Source of the DNA: Naegleria gruberi
Lineage: Eukaryota
Assembly (NCBI GenBank): GCA_000004985.1
Contig: GG738881.1
Length of the DNA: 64,000 nucleotides
Reading direction: 5' to 3' (one strand)
The notes below the pieces were generated by a model. The model searched no databases. It was not told where the DNA came from and saw nothing but the letters and a program-made list of their open reading frames with translations. This document shows, one piece after another, positions 24,877 to 36,296 of this stretch. A program made the translations under genes and the position numbers. How positions within the stretch are numbered: the first letter of the stretch is position 1; each line of letters begins with the position of its first letter.

Positions 24877-27800
24877 TTACTTATCCCAATAAATTACTTC
24901 GCCTCCCTTACTGCCAGTCACAACACTTTCTCCATCATCACTCACTCCAATAGTTGTCATTGGACTTGCATGTGCAGTTAGAGAAGAGGCAAGAGATCCA
25001 TCAGCCACATTCCACTTGTACAATTTACCATCCTCTCCACCAGATAATAATTCAAAACCATCTGTGCTTAAACATCTCCAAGCTTGATTAACACTCGAGT
25101 GATTAAATTGGGCAATTTCAGATCCAGAAATGTCAAATAATTTGATGGAACCATCCTTTGAACATGAAATAAACCTTTGACTGTCTTCACCACAGAAACA
25201 CAAATCTGAAACAACATCACTGTGGGCACTGAATTCTGCAACGGCCTTCTTTTGTCTAACATCTATTACAATAATGACACCATCTTCACTTCCAGAAACA
25301 ATCATATTACCAGAAGTATCAATATTCAAGCTGTGAACAGGAGAATCATGTTCTTGGAAAGTTGCCAGGGGCGTCGTTGAGACAGAATCTGATGAACATT
25401 TCCAAACTTTCACTGTTGAATCCCAAGAGCTAGATATCAAACTATCTCCACTAATGCAAATCTTTGAAACAGCATCCTCGTGACCTTCCAAAATATCCAA
25501 AACCTTTCCATACTCAACAGAGTAGACATAAACTCTATTATCCCATGAACCAGCAATGAGAACCTTTTGTTCTGAATTTGGATCTTCAATCACAGCACAC
25601 GATGAGAGTGCCATATCACCCATATCTGCTATTCTTCTCAATTGGCGTTTCGATTCAATAGAATAAACCTTGCATGTACTGTCATCACTACTGGTATAAA
25701 TTCTTGACTTGTCCTTGCTTATTATTGCAGAAGTAATACGATCTCTATGCAAGTCAACTTTAAATGAAATGTCATCAGAAGTTGAGTATTTTGGCATGAA
25801 TTCACTAACTTGACTCATACTCTTTTGCTTTCTGAGTTTGGATCTCTTTTTTCTTGTTCTTGGACTGTTATCACCAAGACTATCTAACGAGATGGAAGAT
25901 GAGAGTGATTCATCTTCATTATTTGAGAAACTCTCTTCAGAAATCTTACTCAGCATAAAACTACTTGGTCTATTCAAATCTGTCTTTAACATGTCACTAA
26001 TATCAAAGTCATCATCTTTTGGAGTAATGATAGGGGAAAATGGTGAAGAAACACTTCTAACCACTGGAGATGATGATTTAGAACTAGTGTTACTAAAACT
26101 TTCCATTAAGAGTGAGGAAGAATAGCTTCTTGCTGGAGATTTTGGAACTACCTCCTTGGTAGCTGAAATAATATCCAAAGGAATGACATCTGAGGAGGTC
26201 ACCGAGAATTTAGTAATGTTAGAAAGATTGGTTCCAGTTTTTCTTTGTGGATGTGGATGATTGAAAACTTGTCTTGGAGTTTGACCAAACTCTCTGATTT
26301 GAATTTCAATACCTCTTCTTTGGACAGGATCTCGAATCTTTTCAATATCAATAGCACCTTCATAGGTCAAATAGTAGAAGAGATTGTCAGCTTTAACTGC
26401 CTCTTCACCAATTTGTTTGTATCCAAATATTAAATCAATCCAATGATGGAGATTCTGAGAGACATGGTCACTCTCGAGAGCTAGTCTGCATTTGTAAACA
26501 AATTCCTGTTCATCCTTTGCCCATGGTGGTAAGATAACATTATTCACACGTTGACCATTATTTCTCACACCCAAATCAAGATTTAAGGAATTGATCAAGA
26601 AACTACCTGTTGATTGATAAAATTCTGGAATGAGTTCTTTCAAATCGGCAGTGTTAGAAAGAACAGAATTATAAGTGCTTTGAATGGAGAAGAACTCTCT
26701 ATCAGGAGCATCAAATCTACCATTTTGTAATTTGAGCATGTACTCTGGAGCTTGTCTGAGAAGGAAATACAAGACATAACCTGGTGTCGAGTAGTGAGTA
26801 CCATATAAGAATTTTGGATCTGGCATGTCGTAGTATCTTTGTTTGAATCCTTCTAGTCTGTTTGGATTGAGTGCACCTATTGGCTTTCTCAAATCTCTGA
26901 AAGTATTAGGATTATTCAAATCGAGAGTCTTACTCGTGTAATCAGCAATTACCCAAGGGAAAACTGGATACTGAGTCAAATCATTGAATGATCTATCTGC
27001 AATAAAGTTCAAATAGAGCAAATAATCAAAATTGCTGATTAATCCACTTTGCCATTTGAGGGTCATATTCCCTTGATCATTTAGAGAAATGTTAGAAATG
27101 ATTGGTTGTTTTAGAATAATGTTATAAATATTGTCTCTCTCTGTTTGATTCTTGACTGCTAAAAAGATACTCTTATTGTTTTGCATAAAAACTTCAATAC
27201 CAATATGACGAAGGTTGTGTCTTCTTCTCACAATTCTGTTAATATCCCTCAAATTATACTTTTTAACAGGTTTTGTACTAATATTGTTGAAAGGTTGAAA
27301 GTAAATCCTCTCATTAGTCAATAGAATGCATCCATGTGTATCGACGAGTGGTGTCACTTTGGTACCATGAGTTTCATACAGAGTCTGTTCTCTGAAATCC
27401 TCAAGCCAAGTCACATCAAATGAAAATCCTTTAGCAATTTGATCCTCATAGATTTGATTAATTTGTTCCACTGATGGAAGTCCAGAATTACTTTGGAATA
27501 ATTGATAGATTGGGGTAACTTTTTCAACAAATTGTTGTGCAGTTAAGAATGTTAATCCAATAACAACTGTTTCAGTTTGCTATTATTATAATAATTTTAA
27601 ATTTTCCAATAAAGTTTCATGATCAGTAGTACCACCATCATCAACATCATCAAATTGAATCAATTAACAATCAATAAAGCAAGTAAAGGAATTGAAAATT
27701 TGTCCATTACCAACTGTAAATAATTCCCGAAATTATTCTTCTTCTTACCTTTTTAAATATGAATGGATGGTCCTTGTTTCCTTTTCTAATTTCTACAAAT

Positions 27801-28199
27801 TCTGAACAATTGAAACAGAATAGATTTTCATCGGCAAACGAGGCAAAATAGGGATGATTCATTGATGTGGCTTTAAACTTTTTAAATCCTCCTTCAATTT
27901 TATCAAAACAGTGTCTTGTGATTGAAAATCTGGTATCATCCGGTACAAATACTAGTGATTGTGAGCAAAAGTGAAGTCTTCCTTTGTATTTCTCTCTGAT
28001 TTTCCAATATTTCCAATCATCATCAAAATTAATATTTAAATATTAATATATATTAATTTTCATTCAAATATAAATTATAAACACAAATAGTTATAAATCA
28101 TGAAAATCACCATCAAAAAACACACCTTCCACTTGCTCCAAAGTAATACGTACAAGAAAAGTCTTGGAAATAAATTTCATCCTCCTTCAACAAGAGCAT
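24877..28199 (-). CDS. FAN/NSMAF-like protein: N-terminal GRAM/PH-like domain, BEACH domain, C-terminal WD40 repeats (≥3 exons)
   Basis: The ATG is at ~28199 (MLLLKEDEIYFQDFSCT). A PH-like exon (…RLHFCSQSLVFVPDDTRFSI…) ends at a GTAAGA donor ~27747. The main 864-aa exon (24877..27471) carries a BEACH domain (…DLTQYPVFPWVIADYTSKTLDLNNPNTFRDLRKPIGALNPNRLE…YGTHYSTPGYVLYFLLRQAPEYMLKLQNGRFD…) followed by WD40 repeats. The gene is colinear with human FAN. Confidence 0.85.
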
Positions 28200-28574
28200 G
28201 TTGAATCTCTTATTCTTCCTCTTCCGGAGCATCTTCAAAATCTTGTTGCAATTTCTCTAATAAACAAACACTCTCTATAGAGGATCCTCAATAATAATTT
28301 TAATAATAAACAGAAGTAGAATCAACGTCCTCCTCGGCAGAAAATTGTTTTTTTTAATGATGAAAATTTAGAAATCACGATGATGAGCAAGTCCCAGCAC
28401 AGATAAGAAAATTAATCGAGTAAAAAACTAGTTTTCAGTAACTTAGGATAGGATTATTTGGAACGTAATACAAGTTGATTTTATTGCAACGTATTTCATC
28501 ATGAATTTCAAATTTTAAAATTCAAGTTGAAAAGTTTGCAGAGATGGACAACATGTTAGTAATTTTGAAATGTT

Positions 28575-30413
28575 TCAAAACGTACCATCTTGACAGGATT
28601 GGTTGCTCCAACATTGTATATCAATAAATGTTGATTGAGTCATTTTACGTATGAATTCAACTCCTTCACCAGAAATACTATTTTCATAAATAGAAAGTCT
28701 GGTCAATTGGTTCATTTTACTGATTGCCTTGAATCCTTCATCACTAATATTATTATCGCAAACATCTAGATGGGTCAATTGTTTCAGTTCACTTATTGAC
28801 ATAGCTCCATCATTACCTAAATTATTTCCTTTAATCACAAGTTCAGTTAAATTTTTCAAGTCTGAAAGGTGTTTAGCTCCTTCACTACTAATAGAATTAT
28901 GGGAAATATCTAGAATAGTCAGTTTTTTCAGTTCACTTATATGCATAGCTCCATCATTACCTAAATTATTTCCTGTAATCACAAGTTTAGTTAAATTTTT
29001 CAAGTCAGTAAGGTAATTTGCTCCTTCACTGCTAATAGAATTATCGGAAATAGAAAGCTCCTTCAATTGTTTCAATTCACTAATGTATTTAGCTCCTTCA
29101 TCACTAATACGATTATAGGGGATATTGAGACAGGTCAATTGATTCAATTGACTGATGTATTTCACACCTACACCTCTCATTTCACTGTAAGGAAAATTAA
29201 GAATTGTTAAATTTTTCAATTCGCTAATGTATTCAAGTCCTTCACCATCAAAATGACTTTCAAGAATAGAAAGTTCTGTCAATTGTTTCAATTTACAAAT
29301 GTGAAAAACTCCTTTCTTATTAATATTGTTTACAGAAATGTCAAGTTTGGTTAATTGTGTCATTTCGCTTATATACTCAGCTCCTTGTTCACAAACGTAA
29401 TTCTCAGAAACAAGTAGAGTAGTTAATTTTTTCATATTTCTAATATATTTAGCACCTTCTTCACGAACATAGTTTTTAGTAACATCAAGATATGTTAATT
29501 GTTTCAATTCACTGATATATCTAGCTTGTTCAGATCTAATACCACTTTCAGAGATATAAAGACTTGTCAATTGGTTCAATTTGCTAATATATTTAGCTCC
29601 CTCAATACTAATTTCATTTTCACTAATGTGAAGAACTATCAATTTTTTCAATTGACTTATTGATTGAAGTACTTTATCGTCAATACTACATGTATTAATA
29701 TTAAGGCATGTCAACTGCTCAAATTTACCAATATATTGAGCTCCTCCACTACCTATCTTAATACGAGAAATATCAAGATTTGTTAAATGTTCCAATCCAC
29801 TCAAATATATTATTCCTGCATCACCAATACTATCATTGCAGGCAATTTCAAGACTTGTTAATTGTTTCAATTGACTGATATATTTAGCGCCTACATTGTC
29901 AATATAATTAGCAGAAATATTAAGCTTTGTTAATTTGTTAAATGATTCACTGATAATTTTAACTCCTTCGGAACCAATATAATTACCAGAAATGTAAAGA
30001 CTTGTTAATTGTTTCAATTCAGCCATGCTTTCAACATGTTCATCATCAATATCCATTCCTTGAATTTCAAGACTAGTCAATTGTTTCAATTGACCAATAT
30101 ATGTAACTGATTCGGAATCAATTTTAACTCCAACAACGTAAGGAATACAAAGATTAGTTACTGATTTCATCAATATTAATTTTTTGTAAATATTTGATAG
30201 TACTTTAATCTCAAGATTTGCAATATTTTGTAAAAATTGACCATTTACATCATTGGAATGACATTTAACAGTCATATTATGACATGTTGATAGAATGACA
30301 TTGTACCATTGTTTAGAAACTAATGCACAATTCATGACAAGAAATTTAAAATCGTCACCATAGAACGATAAAATTTCATAAATAACATCATCTTGAAAAA
30401 CTTCTCTTTCCAT
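28575..30413 (-). CDS. F-box / leucine-rich-repeat (RNI-type LRR) protein
   Basis: The N-terminus has an F-box-like motif (DDVIYEILSFYGDD…WYNVI). It is followed by ≥20 LRRs of the ~24-aa form L..LT.L.IS.N.I..EGAKYISELKQ. The 3' part contains a ~130-bp near-identical tandem DNA duplication. Confidence 0.7.
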   Translation of the reverse strand: MEREVFQDDVIYEILSFYGDDFKFLVMNCALVSKQWYNVILSTCHNMTVKCHSNDVNGQFLQNIANLEIKVLSNIYKKLILMKSVTNLCIPYVVGVKIDSESVTYIGQLKQLTSLEIQGMDIDDEHVESMAELKQLTSLYISGNYIGSEGVKIISESFNKLTKLNISANYIDNVGAKYISQLKQLTSLEIACNDSIGDAGIIYLSGLEHLTNLDISRIKIGSGGAQYIGKFEQLTCLNINTCSIDDKVLQSISQLKKLIVLHISENEISIEGAKYISKLNQLTSLYISESGIRSEQARYISELKQLTYLDVTKNYVREEGAKYIRNMKKLTTLLVSENYVCEQGAEYISEMTQLTKLDISVNNINKKGVFHICKLKQLTELSILESHFDGEGLEYISELKNLTILNFPYSEMRGVGVKYISQLNQLTCLNIPYNRISDEGAKYISELKQLKELSISDNSISSEGANYLTDLKNLTKLVITGNNLGNDGAMHISELKKLTILDISHNSISSEGAKHLSDLKNLTELVIKGNNLGNDGAMSISELKQLTHLDVCDNNISDEGFKAISKMNQLTRLSIYENSISGEGVEFIRKMTQSTFIDIQCWSNQSCQDGTF

Positions 30414-30597
30414 TTTTTTTGGTAAATCATAATTTATTCAATTTTTTGGTCAACCAAACATTTTACATCATGCTGATTCTAGGAATGATTTCACATCACT
30501 TGTTTGGAATTTAATTCATGTTGGTACATCATCAGAACAACCTGAACTAGCTTTGATGTTATTTAACATCATAGCTCAACGAAAGGGTAACTGATGA

Positions 30598-33468
30598 TTA
30601 TTGTCTTGTTTTGAAAGAATTGAAAAGTGAGAATACAACATCCAAGAGTGAGTTAACTATTTCCTTAAATTCAGGTCTACTCTTGAAATTGTATTCAACA
30701 CATTTACTTCCTAATGTGTGGATAAGCTTGGCTTGCTCTTCTGTAAGACATGGATAATGCTTACATAATTCTTCAACAGAAACGAAATTGATTTTGAGCA
30801 GCTGAGTATTGCTATCTTTTGTACGCACAATGCTTTGATTGGTCAAAAGCATATTCAGTGTAACTCCAAAACTGAAAGCATCCACTTTTGTGTTACCTAT
30901 TTCCGCACCTGTTACCATTTCAGCAATCTCTGGAGGCTTCCATAACTGGGTCATCATATTAATCAATTATCAACTTACCATATAGCCCGCAGTACCATAG
31001 ATTGAAGTTAGTGTTGTCAAATATTTTGCTGACTCCTTTGCTACGCTAAAATCTGTTAGTTTTACATCATTCACATATTCAATTCCATTAATAGTAATTG
31101 TTGAATAGAGAATATTGGAAGGTTTTAAATCGTGATGATAGATTTTTTCACTATGCAAAAATTCAAGTGTTTGAGCAATTTTCAAAGCAATGAACATAAT
31201 TTGAAATATTTGTCCATAACCTTGTCCTCCAAAATCATTAAAAGAATTTGTTTCATCTTTAAAACTTTTCATCAGTTCCAAAAATAATTGTACATTATTA
31301 TCATTTTCTTCATAATGAATTAACTTGACAATTCCTGGATGTTTGCTAACTTTTCTAATAATGTTTAGTTCTTCCAAATTATTTTCACATTTTATCGTTT
31401 TTCGTGCTACTGGAATATTATTCAATAATACTTTAACCACAATACCACATGCACCCTTTCCTAATTCTGTCATGCCACTTAGATCTATAATAGGATTTTG
31501 TAAAGTACAAGAAGTGATGGTATCAATGAATTTCTCAACATTATTAAGTGCAATAATCTTAGAAATGTTGTGTTAAAATTGAAAGGCATATCCTGAATAG
31601 AGGAAATATTAAGGAATGTGCTGAGTTGGGTTTTGTCGTTTGGATTCAAAAATTTGCTTAAAATTGACTTTTCTATTCCTACCACTCCTAATCGTTGTGC
31701 TGTTTTCAATACTGGAATGATTAAGTGTGTTGGAAGAGTGACATTAATTCTGTAGCAATATTTCACAATATATATCATTTCTTTTGGATAATTATCATCT
31801 GAAGATATCAAATTAAAATTAGTCATAGATGAATTTAGAATAGTTTTGTGACACTTTACAATCTCTCCATCAATTGTTAATACTAAATCGTGGTATAATT
31901 TAGTTTTGTACAAGTTTTGGAGAGTTTCTAACAAATCATTTCGATGAAAAATGTTCAACAGAGGTTCAACTGAATTCATATTAACGTTGATCTTTGGATA
32001 GGATCTTCGTTTAACCAGAGTTTTAAAATATGGAATAGCTCTATCATTATTCTCAAAGTATTGATCATATTCAGGTGTATTAGAATAAAATGCAACAAAA
32101 TCCAAACAGTATTCTTTGATTTGATTCAAATAGGAATTATTGTTATCAGAATCTCTATTCTGATAATTAGTAATTGTGTAGACAATATTTAACACACTTT
32201 TCATATCGATCATGGAAATAATTGATTCCAATAACTCATTTTGAAATTTAGACATTTCATTTGATACTTTATCCAATATAAATAATACAAATAACTTTTG
32301 TTTGATAGTTGTAAATGTGATTTCTGGATTGTAAATTAATTTATCTATCAGTAATTGTAATATTTCAGATTCACTATTGTTAAGTGATCGAATAAACTCC
32401 TCATTTAGCAATACATTTTCCAAGAATTTAGGTGCAATAATATTAATGATATCTTTAAAAACAATAATGTGACTATTTGGTAATTTGTCATATTCATATT
32501 TCTTGAAATGAATTATTTGTAAAATTTGTTCTGGTAAGATCAAGTCTTTGTCAACGATAATATTAGGTTGGCATAACAATAATTTAGCAATTTCAAAATG
32601 TTGTTTCTCTACAGTGATTCTTAATGGATTCTAATGGCATTAATTGACTAACTTATAGATATACCTACATCCTTATATTTTTAGAATCAATGATATTATT
32701 GACACTTACTTTCTAATATATTATTAAAAACAATATTTTAAACTAAAACTTACTTGCTAATATACTTTCAATATTAATATTCATATTCAATACTTACTTT
32801 CTAATTTGTTTTTAGAATTAGACGAAGCTATTACTTACATACTGATATTGTTAAATTTAATAAAATAATCATTACTTACAAGCTAAAAACAATTAATATT
32901 AAACTAATTTAATACTTACTTCCTAATAAACTTCAGACTACCAAAAATATTAATGTAATACATACGTACTAATTGTGTTAGCACAATTAAACATTTACTT
33001 ACAACCTATTTAAATTAATAATTGTATAATGATTGAATACGTACATACTATGTATTCAATAGTAAAAACACGATTGATTCGACACTTACTTTCTAGAAAA
33101 TTGTTAATATGCAAATAAATATATAATACTTGCTTCCTTATAATTTACTAGTAAATAATAGAATTGTAATTAATACTCACAGACTTAATTATTTAAATAA
33201 TTATTTAAATAATAATTTAAATACTTACTCCTAAATTGACATCAACATTCGGGACAGTCAACAATAATTTAACGATTTCCAAATGTCCCCTCTCGCAAGC
33301 TACATACAACAAGGTTTTTCCCAACGAAAATACCTTAAATTGGTAAGAATTGAAATAAAAATCATTAATGATCGGAGCCAAATCAAACTTTAACAATTCA
33401 GCAACATTTCCATCCTCCACCACTTGTAAAATTTTGTGTTTGTCAACAACTTCCACACCTCTTCTCAT
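30598..33468 (-). CDS. ankyrin-repeat – BTB/POZ – Ser/Thr-type protein kinase multidomain gene (frame break between BTB and kinase parts)
   Basis: Exon 1 (33229..33468) has ankyrin repeats (…LLYVACERGHLEIVKLLLTVPNVDVNLG). A ~598-nt repeat-filled intron (32631..33228) follows. Exon 2 (31485..32630) starts in an ankyrin repeat (NPLRITVEKQHFEIAKLLL…) and continues into a BTB-like domain (…LYHDLVLTIDGEIVKCHKTILNSSM…). The kinase ORF (30598..31473, with a small GTAAGT intron ~30924..30959) abuts in another frame: GKGACGIVVKV…VARK…HHDLKPSNIL…DFSVA…GTAGYM|LWKPPE. The 12-nt gap between the ORFs implies one gene with an indel or a non-canonical junction. Confidence 0.55.
32631..33228 (-). repeat. tandem array of 13 degenerate ~40-50-nt mini-intron-like units, each YAG + 3 nt + GTRAGT, filling one intron
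   Basis: On the plus strand the core ACTTAC(TTT)CTAAT recurs with ACTTAC at ~32704, 32748, 32792, 32833, 32874, 32914, 32964, 32997, 33039, 33084, 33128, 33175 and 33223. On the minus strand each copy reads ATTAG-AAA-GTAAGT or a close variant. The last copy is the real donor of the ankyrin exon, and the array ends at the acceptor CCATTAG|AAT of exon 2. Confidence 0.8.
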
Positions 33469-33871
33469 TTTTTTCTAGAACGTGATTGGATGAAACTCAT
33501 TAATTGTAAGTTGACACGATAGTTAACGTGTTTCATCAGGAGTATTTCCATTAATTGATATTTTGCATTTCATAGAGTGTAAATGGATGATGTGAATTAT
33601 CATTCTCCGAAATATTTTCTTGAATTGTCACTTGTCCAAAATTTACAAAATATTATATTTTAGCAAACAATTGTATGCACCGACAATTATTTCCAAAACA
33701 AATCCTTGCAAGTTGTTTGGAATATCTTCCTCATTCAATGCAACTCCGTCATCAATATCCAATAGTACCTTTCGAATTTGTTCTTTGGACCATAAACATG
33801 CGCATGTTAAGGCAGCAAAGGCTCTTATTGTTCTTTTGTATTTATTTTTACAATGAAATATCTGCAACAAG

Positions 33872-33880
33872 AAAAAAAGT
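33872..33880 (-). terminator. Pol III oligo-T terminator after tRNA-Met
   Basis: Minus strand reads ACTTTTTTT, from the plus-strand A7 run at 33872..33878. Confidence 0.6.
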
Positions 33881-33953
33881 TGGGGTCAGTGAGGATCGAA
33901 CTCACGACCTTAGGATTATGAGACCTACGCGCTACCGACTGCGCCATGACCCC
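33881..33953 (-). tRNA. tRNA-Met (CAT), elongator type
   Basis: Minus strand reads GGGGTCATGGCGCAGTCGGTAGCGCGTAGGTCTCATAATCCTAAGGTCGTGAGTTCGATCCTCACTGACCCCA. The anticodon loop is CTCATAA and pairing is G1-C72, not the initiator A1:U72. It closely matches eukaryotic elongator tRNA-Met. A T7 terminator lies directly downstream. Confidence 0.85.
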
Positions 33954-34298
33954 TACACAGTAATAATAAGAAATTACAAGTCCTTGATGAATAGGTTTCC
34001 TAAAGTGAAAGCGTAGGTTATTGAATAATTTTATGATTCTAAATTCCTCTGGATCAAAGATTGTAATGAGAAGTGGATGGAAAGGAATTTATCTCTTGCT
34101 GTGGTTAAGGAAACCCGCTCAAAACGACCATTCTCTCCGTGCATGTGTATGGCCATTTTTCTGAAATAACAAAATTAAATACTTAATCGAAATGAAATTC
34201 ATATGTTTTTAAGGATTTACATGTAGGAAATGAAATCCTTACAATGCATATGATTTTTTACACTGATAAATGCAATAATACTGTTGGTCAATTGATAG

Positions 34299-34619
34299 TT
34301 GATAAGGAAGTTTGCGTCGCGGACTTGGGAAGCCAAATTATTACATCCGCACGAAAGTGTTCAAAAACCAATAAAAAGCTTGTTGACCTTATTGGATGAG
34401 ATGGTTGCTGAGGAAAACAAAGTGGCTGCACGATTTACCATGACTGGCACACATGACGGTGTGTTTATGGGAATTCCAGCAAGTGGAAAGAATATTTGTG
34501 TGAAAGCCTCAAATTTTTACACGTTTAAGGATGGTCAGATTGTTGAAGAGTATGGCCAACCTGATTTATTGTCGTTGTTGCAACAAATTGGTGCCATCCC
34601 ACCAGCCAAATTGATTTAG
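34299..34619 (+). pseudogene. bacterial-type SnoaL-like polyketide/ester cyclase, N-terminally truncated ORF (possible HGT remnant)
   Basis: The ORF reads …LLDEMVAEENKVAARFTMTGTHDGVFMGIPASGKNICVKASNFYTFKDGQIVEEYGQPDLLSLLQQIGAIPPA and matches the C-terminal ~85 aa of ester cyclases. A TAG lies immediately upstream in frame and no upstream exon is evident. Codons are GC-richer than neighbouring genes (gcg tcg cgg, ccg cac, ggc aca cat gac ggt gtg). Confidence 0.5.
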
Positions 34620-35529
34620 AATGGCTCTTGTAACTAGTGATAATCTACAACCTGTATAAATAGTGGAAAATTCTCGACTTTCAAATGGGTTGAAGAAACG
34701 AACCAGCTCTACCACAAGCTTGTTTGCATAAAATATTTGAATAGAAAGGTGAGAAACCTCAAATGTGGCATTTGTTTTCTCTCAACTAGTGGAATTGTTG
34801 AAATGTCACTTATCTAAATAAAACTTGAAAAAAATTATCGACCTACTTTTTGACATGCCACTTTGCAACAATTACAAGTCATTTATTTCGGCGTTTGGCT
34901 CGGAAAATCAATTATTTTAATAATTAAAAACATGTGAATTTTTATAAAATTGAAACCTTGCTGAACCAAACACTGAAATAAGTGAGTAAATCATCACGTC
35001 CTATTTTGAATTATTTTTACTATTAAATATTTATTTTATAAAATCCCGAATTAAATCTTTCATCGAATGATTTTTCATACAATCCATCAATGGGTGTTTT
35101 ACTGCCTAATTTCAAAATATCACAATGTGAATACTTATACTTTTTGAATAAATAATTTTTTTATTAGGTCACCCATGTGACAATTTTACTTCGGCAAAAA
35201 TAATATTCTAAAAGATTCGGTGTAAAAATACATGTTCAAGCCAAATTTAATGTTTAAAAATAAAAAAGCAAAAAGAGAAAAAATTAACAAGATTTTTCTC
35301 CCTCTCAGAGGCTTTTTATAAAACTCGCATACAACAACACAAAAACAACAAGAAGAATATATAATATTATATTCAACCAACACACTTACACTTTGAACAA
35401 ATATTTGAGAGTGTTTGTTACGTACCCACAACAATAATAACAGCAAAAATAGTCTAGTGGTAATAGCTAAGAATTTAAACCGTTAGAAAACACAATTGTA
35501 TCATATACTCTGCAAAGAAGGACAACAAA

Positions 35530-36296
35530 ATGGATACCACTTGTTATCAGGTAAGGAATTATAATAGATAGATAGGAGACGAAGAGGATTGGATGATTGG
35601 AAATTTATTTTGGTTTTCTTCGTATTATGCAATTTGATGATGAAATAATAATAATTAATTTAATATGATGATAATTAACAAAACAAAAAACAATATTGAA
35701 AAACAATTTAAAAAAACAATAACATGGCAACTATGATCAGGAAGCACAAATTGCCAAGTCATTCATCTCAAACATTTACGATAGTTGGAAAGAAGGAAAA
35801 AAGGATGAATTACAACAATACTATAATGAAAACTCCAAGTTAAGCTGGAATGGACTGATATATAAAGGCATTGATATCATGAAGCTTTTCATGAACATCT
35901 ATCAAAGATTTACTATTACCTCGATAGATTGTCAACCAATTGGTATGTGGTTATAGAGAAATACTCATCAACTGACTCAACAATTAAGACAAGGAACATT
36001 TACTGATCAACGTGACTGGAATTGTAATTTATGATGGAGATAACAAGACAGCTAAGCTATATTCACATCAGATAGTTCTAGAAAGCAAGAATACGAATGG
36101 AACAATAGGAGTTTGTGTAGTTTTAGAAAACTTTAGATGGCTTGCTCCATGCAGTGTGAGAGCAGAACAAGAAATGGCTGACAAACCACAAAAACAACAT
36201 ACACCTAGGAGACAAAATACACCACAAAGAGGAGGTTTCCAAAAAAAGAACTTTTACACTCCTGGAAGAAATCCAAAGTTTCAAAATCAAGAATAA
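35530..36296 (+). CDS. NTF2-domain protein with basic Arg/Gln-rich C-terminal tail (3 exons; +1 frame break in exon 2 as assembled)
   Basis: Exon 1 (35530..35550) encodes MDTTCYQ and ends at a GTAAGG donor. Exon 2 (~35740..35942) encodes EAQIAKSFISNIYDSW…LSWNGLIYKGIDIM then, after an extra G at ~35880/35881, KLFMNIYQRFTITSIDCQPI. Exon 3 (~35989..36296) encodes …HLLINVTGIVIYDGDNKTAKLYSHQIVLES…FRW… and the tail. The protein is colinear with NTF2. Confidence 0.6.

Noticed and set aside
32631-33228. A ~45-nt periodic repeat array that superficially resembles a CRISPR array
   Set aside because: The context is eukaryotic with spliceosomal introns and no cas genes. The conserved part is a 14-nt splice-site-like core rather than 25-40-nt palindromic direct repeats. 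The array sits exactly between a real donor and a real acceptor of one gene.
33675-34016. 113-aa plus-strand ORF (…KKVGVSEDRTHDLRIMRPTRYRLRHDPYTV…)
   Set aside because: It is a read-through translation of the minus-strand tRNA-Met gene and its flanks, not a protein gene.
34120-34160. GGCCATAC… motif on the minus strand resembling the 5' end of 5S rRNA
   Set aside because: Similarity ends after ~10 nt and the remaining 110 nt do not match 5S helices. It is probably part of the GC-richer island around the ester-cyclase fragment.
35186-35446. 86-aa minus-strand ORF in the spacer upstream of the NTF2 gene
   Set aside because: It lies in an AT-rich, low-complexity promoter region and the translation is homopolymeric and hydrophobic with no features.
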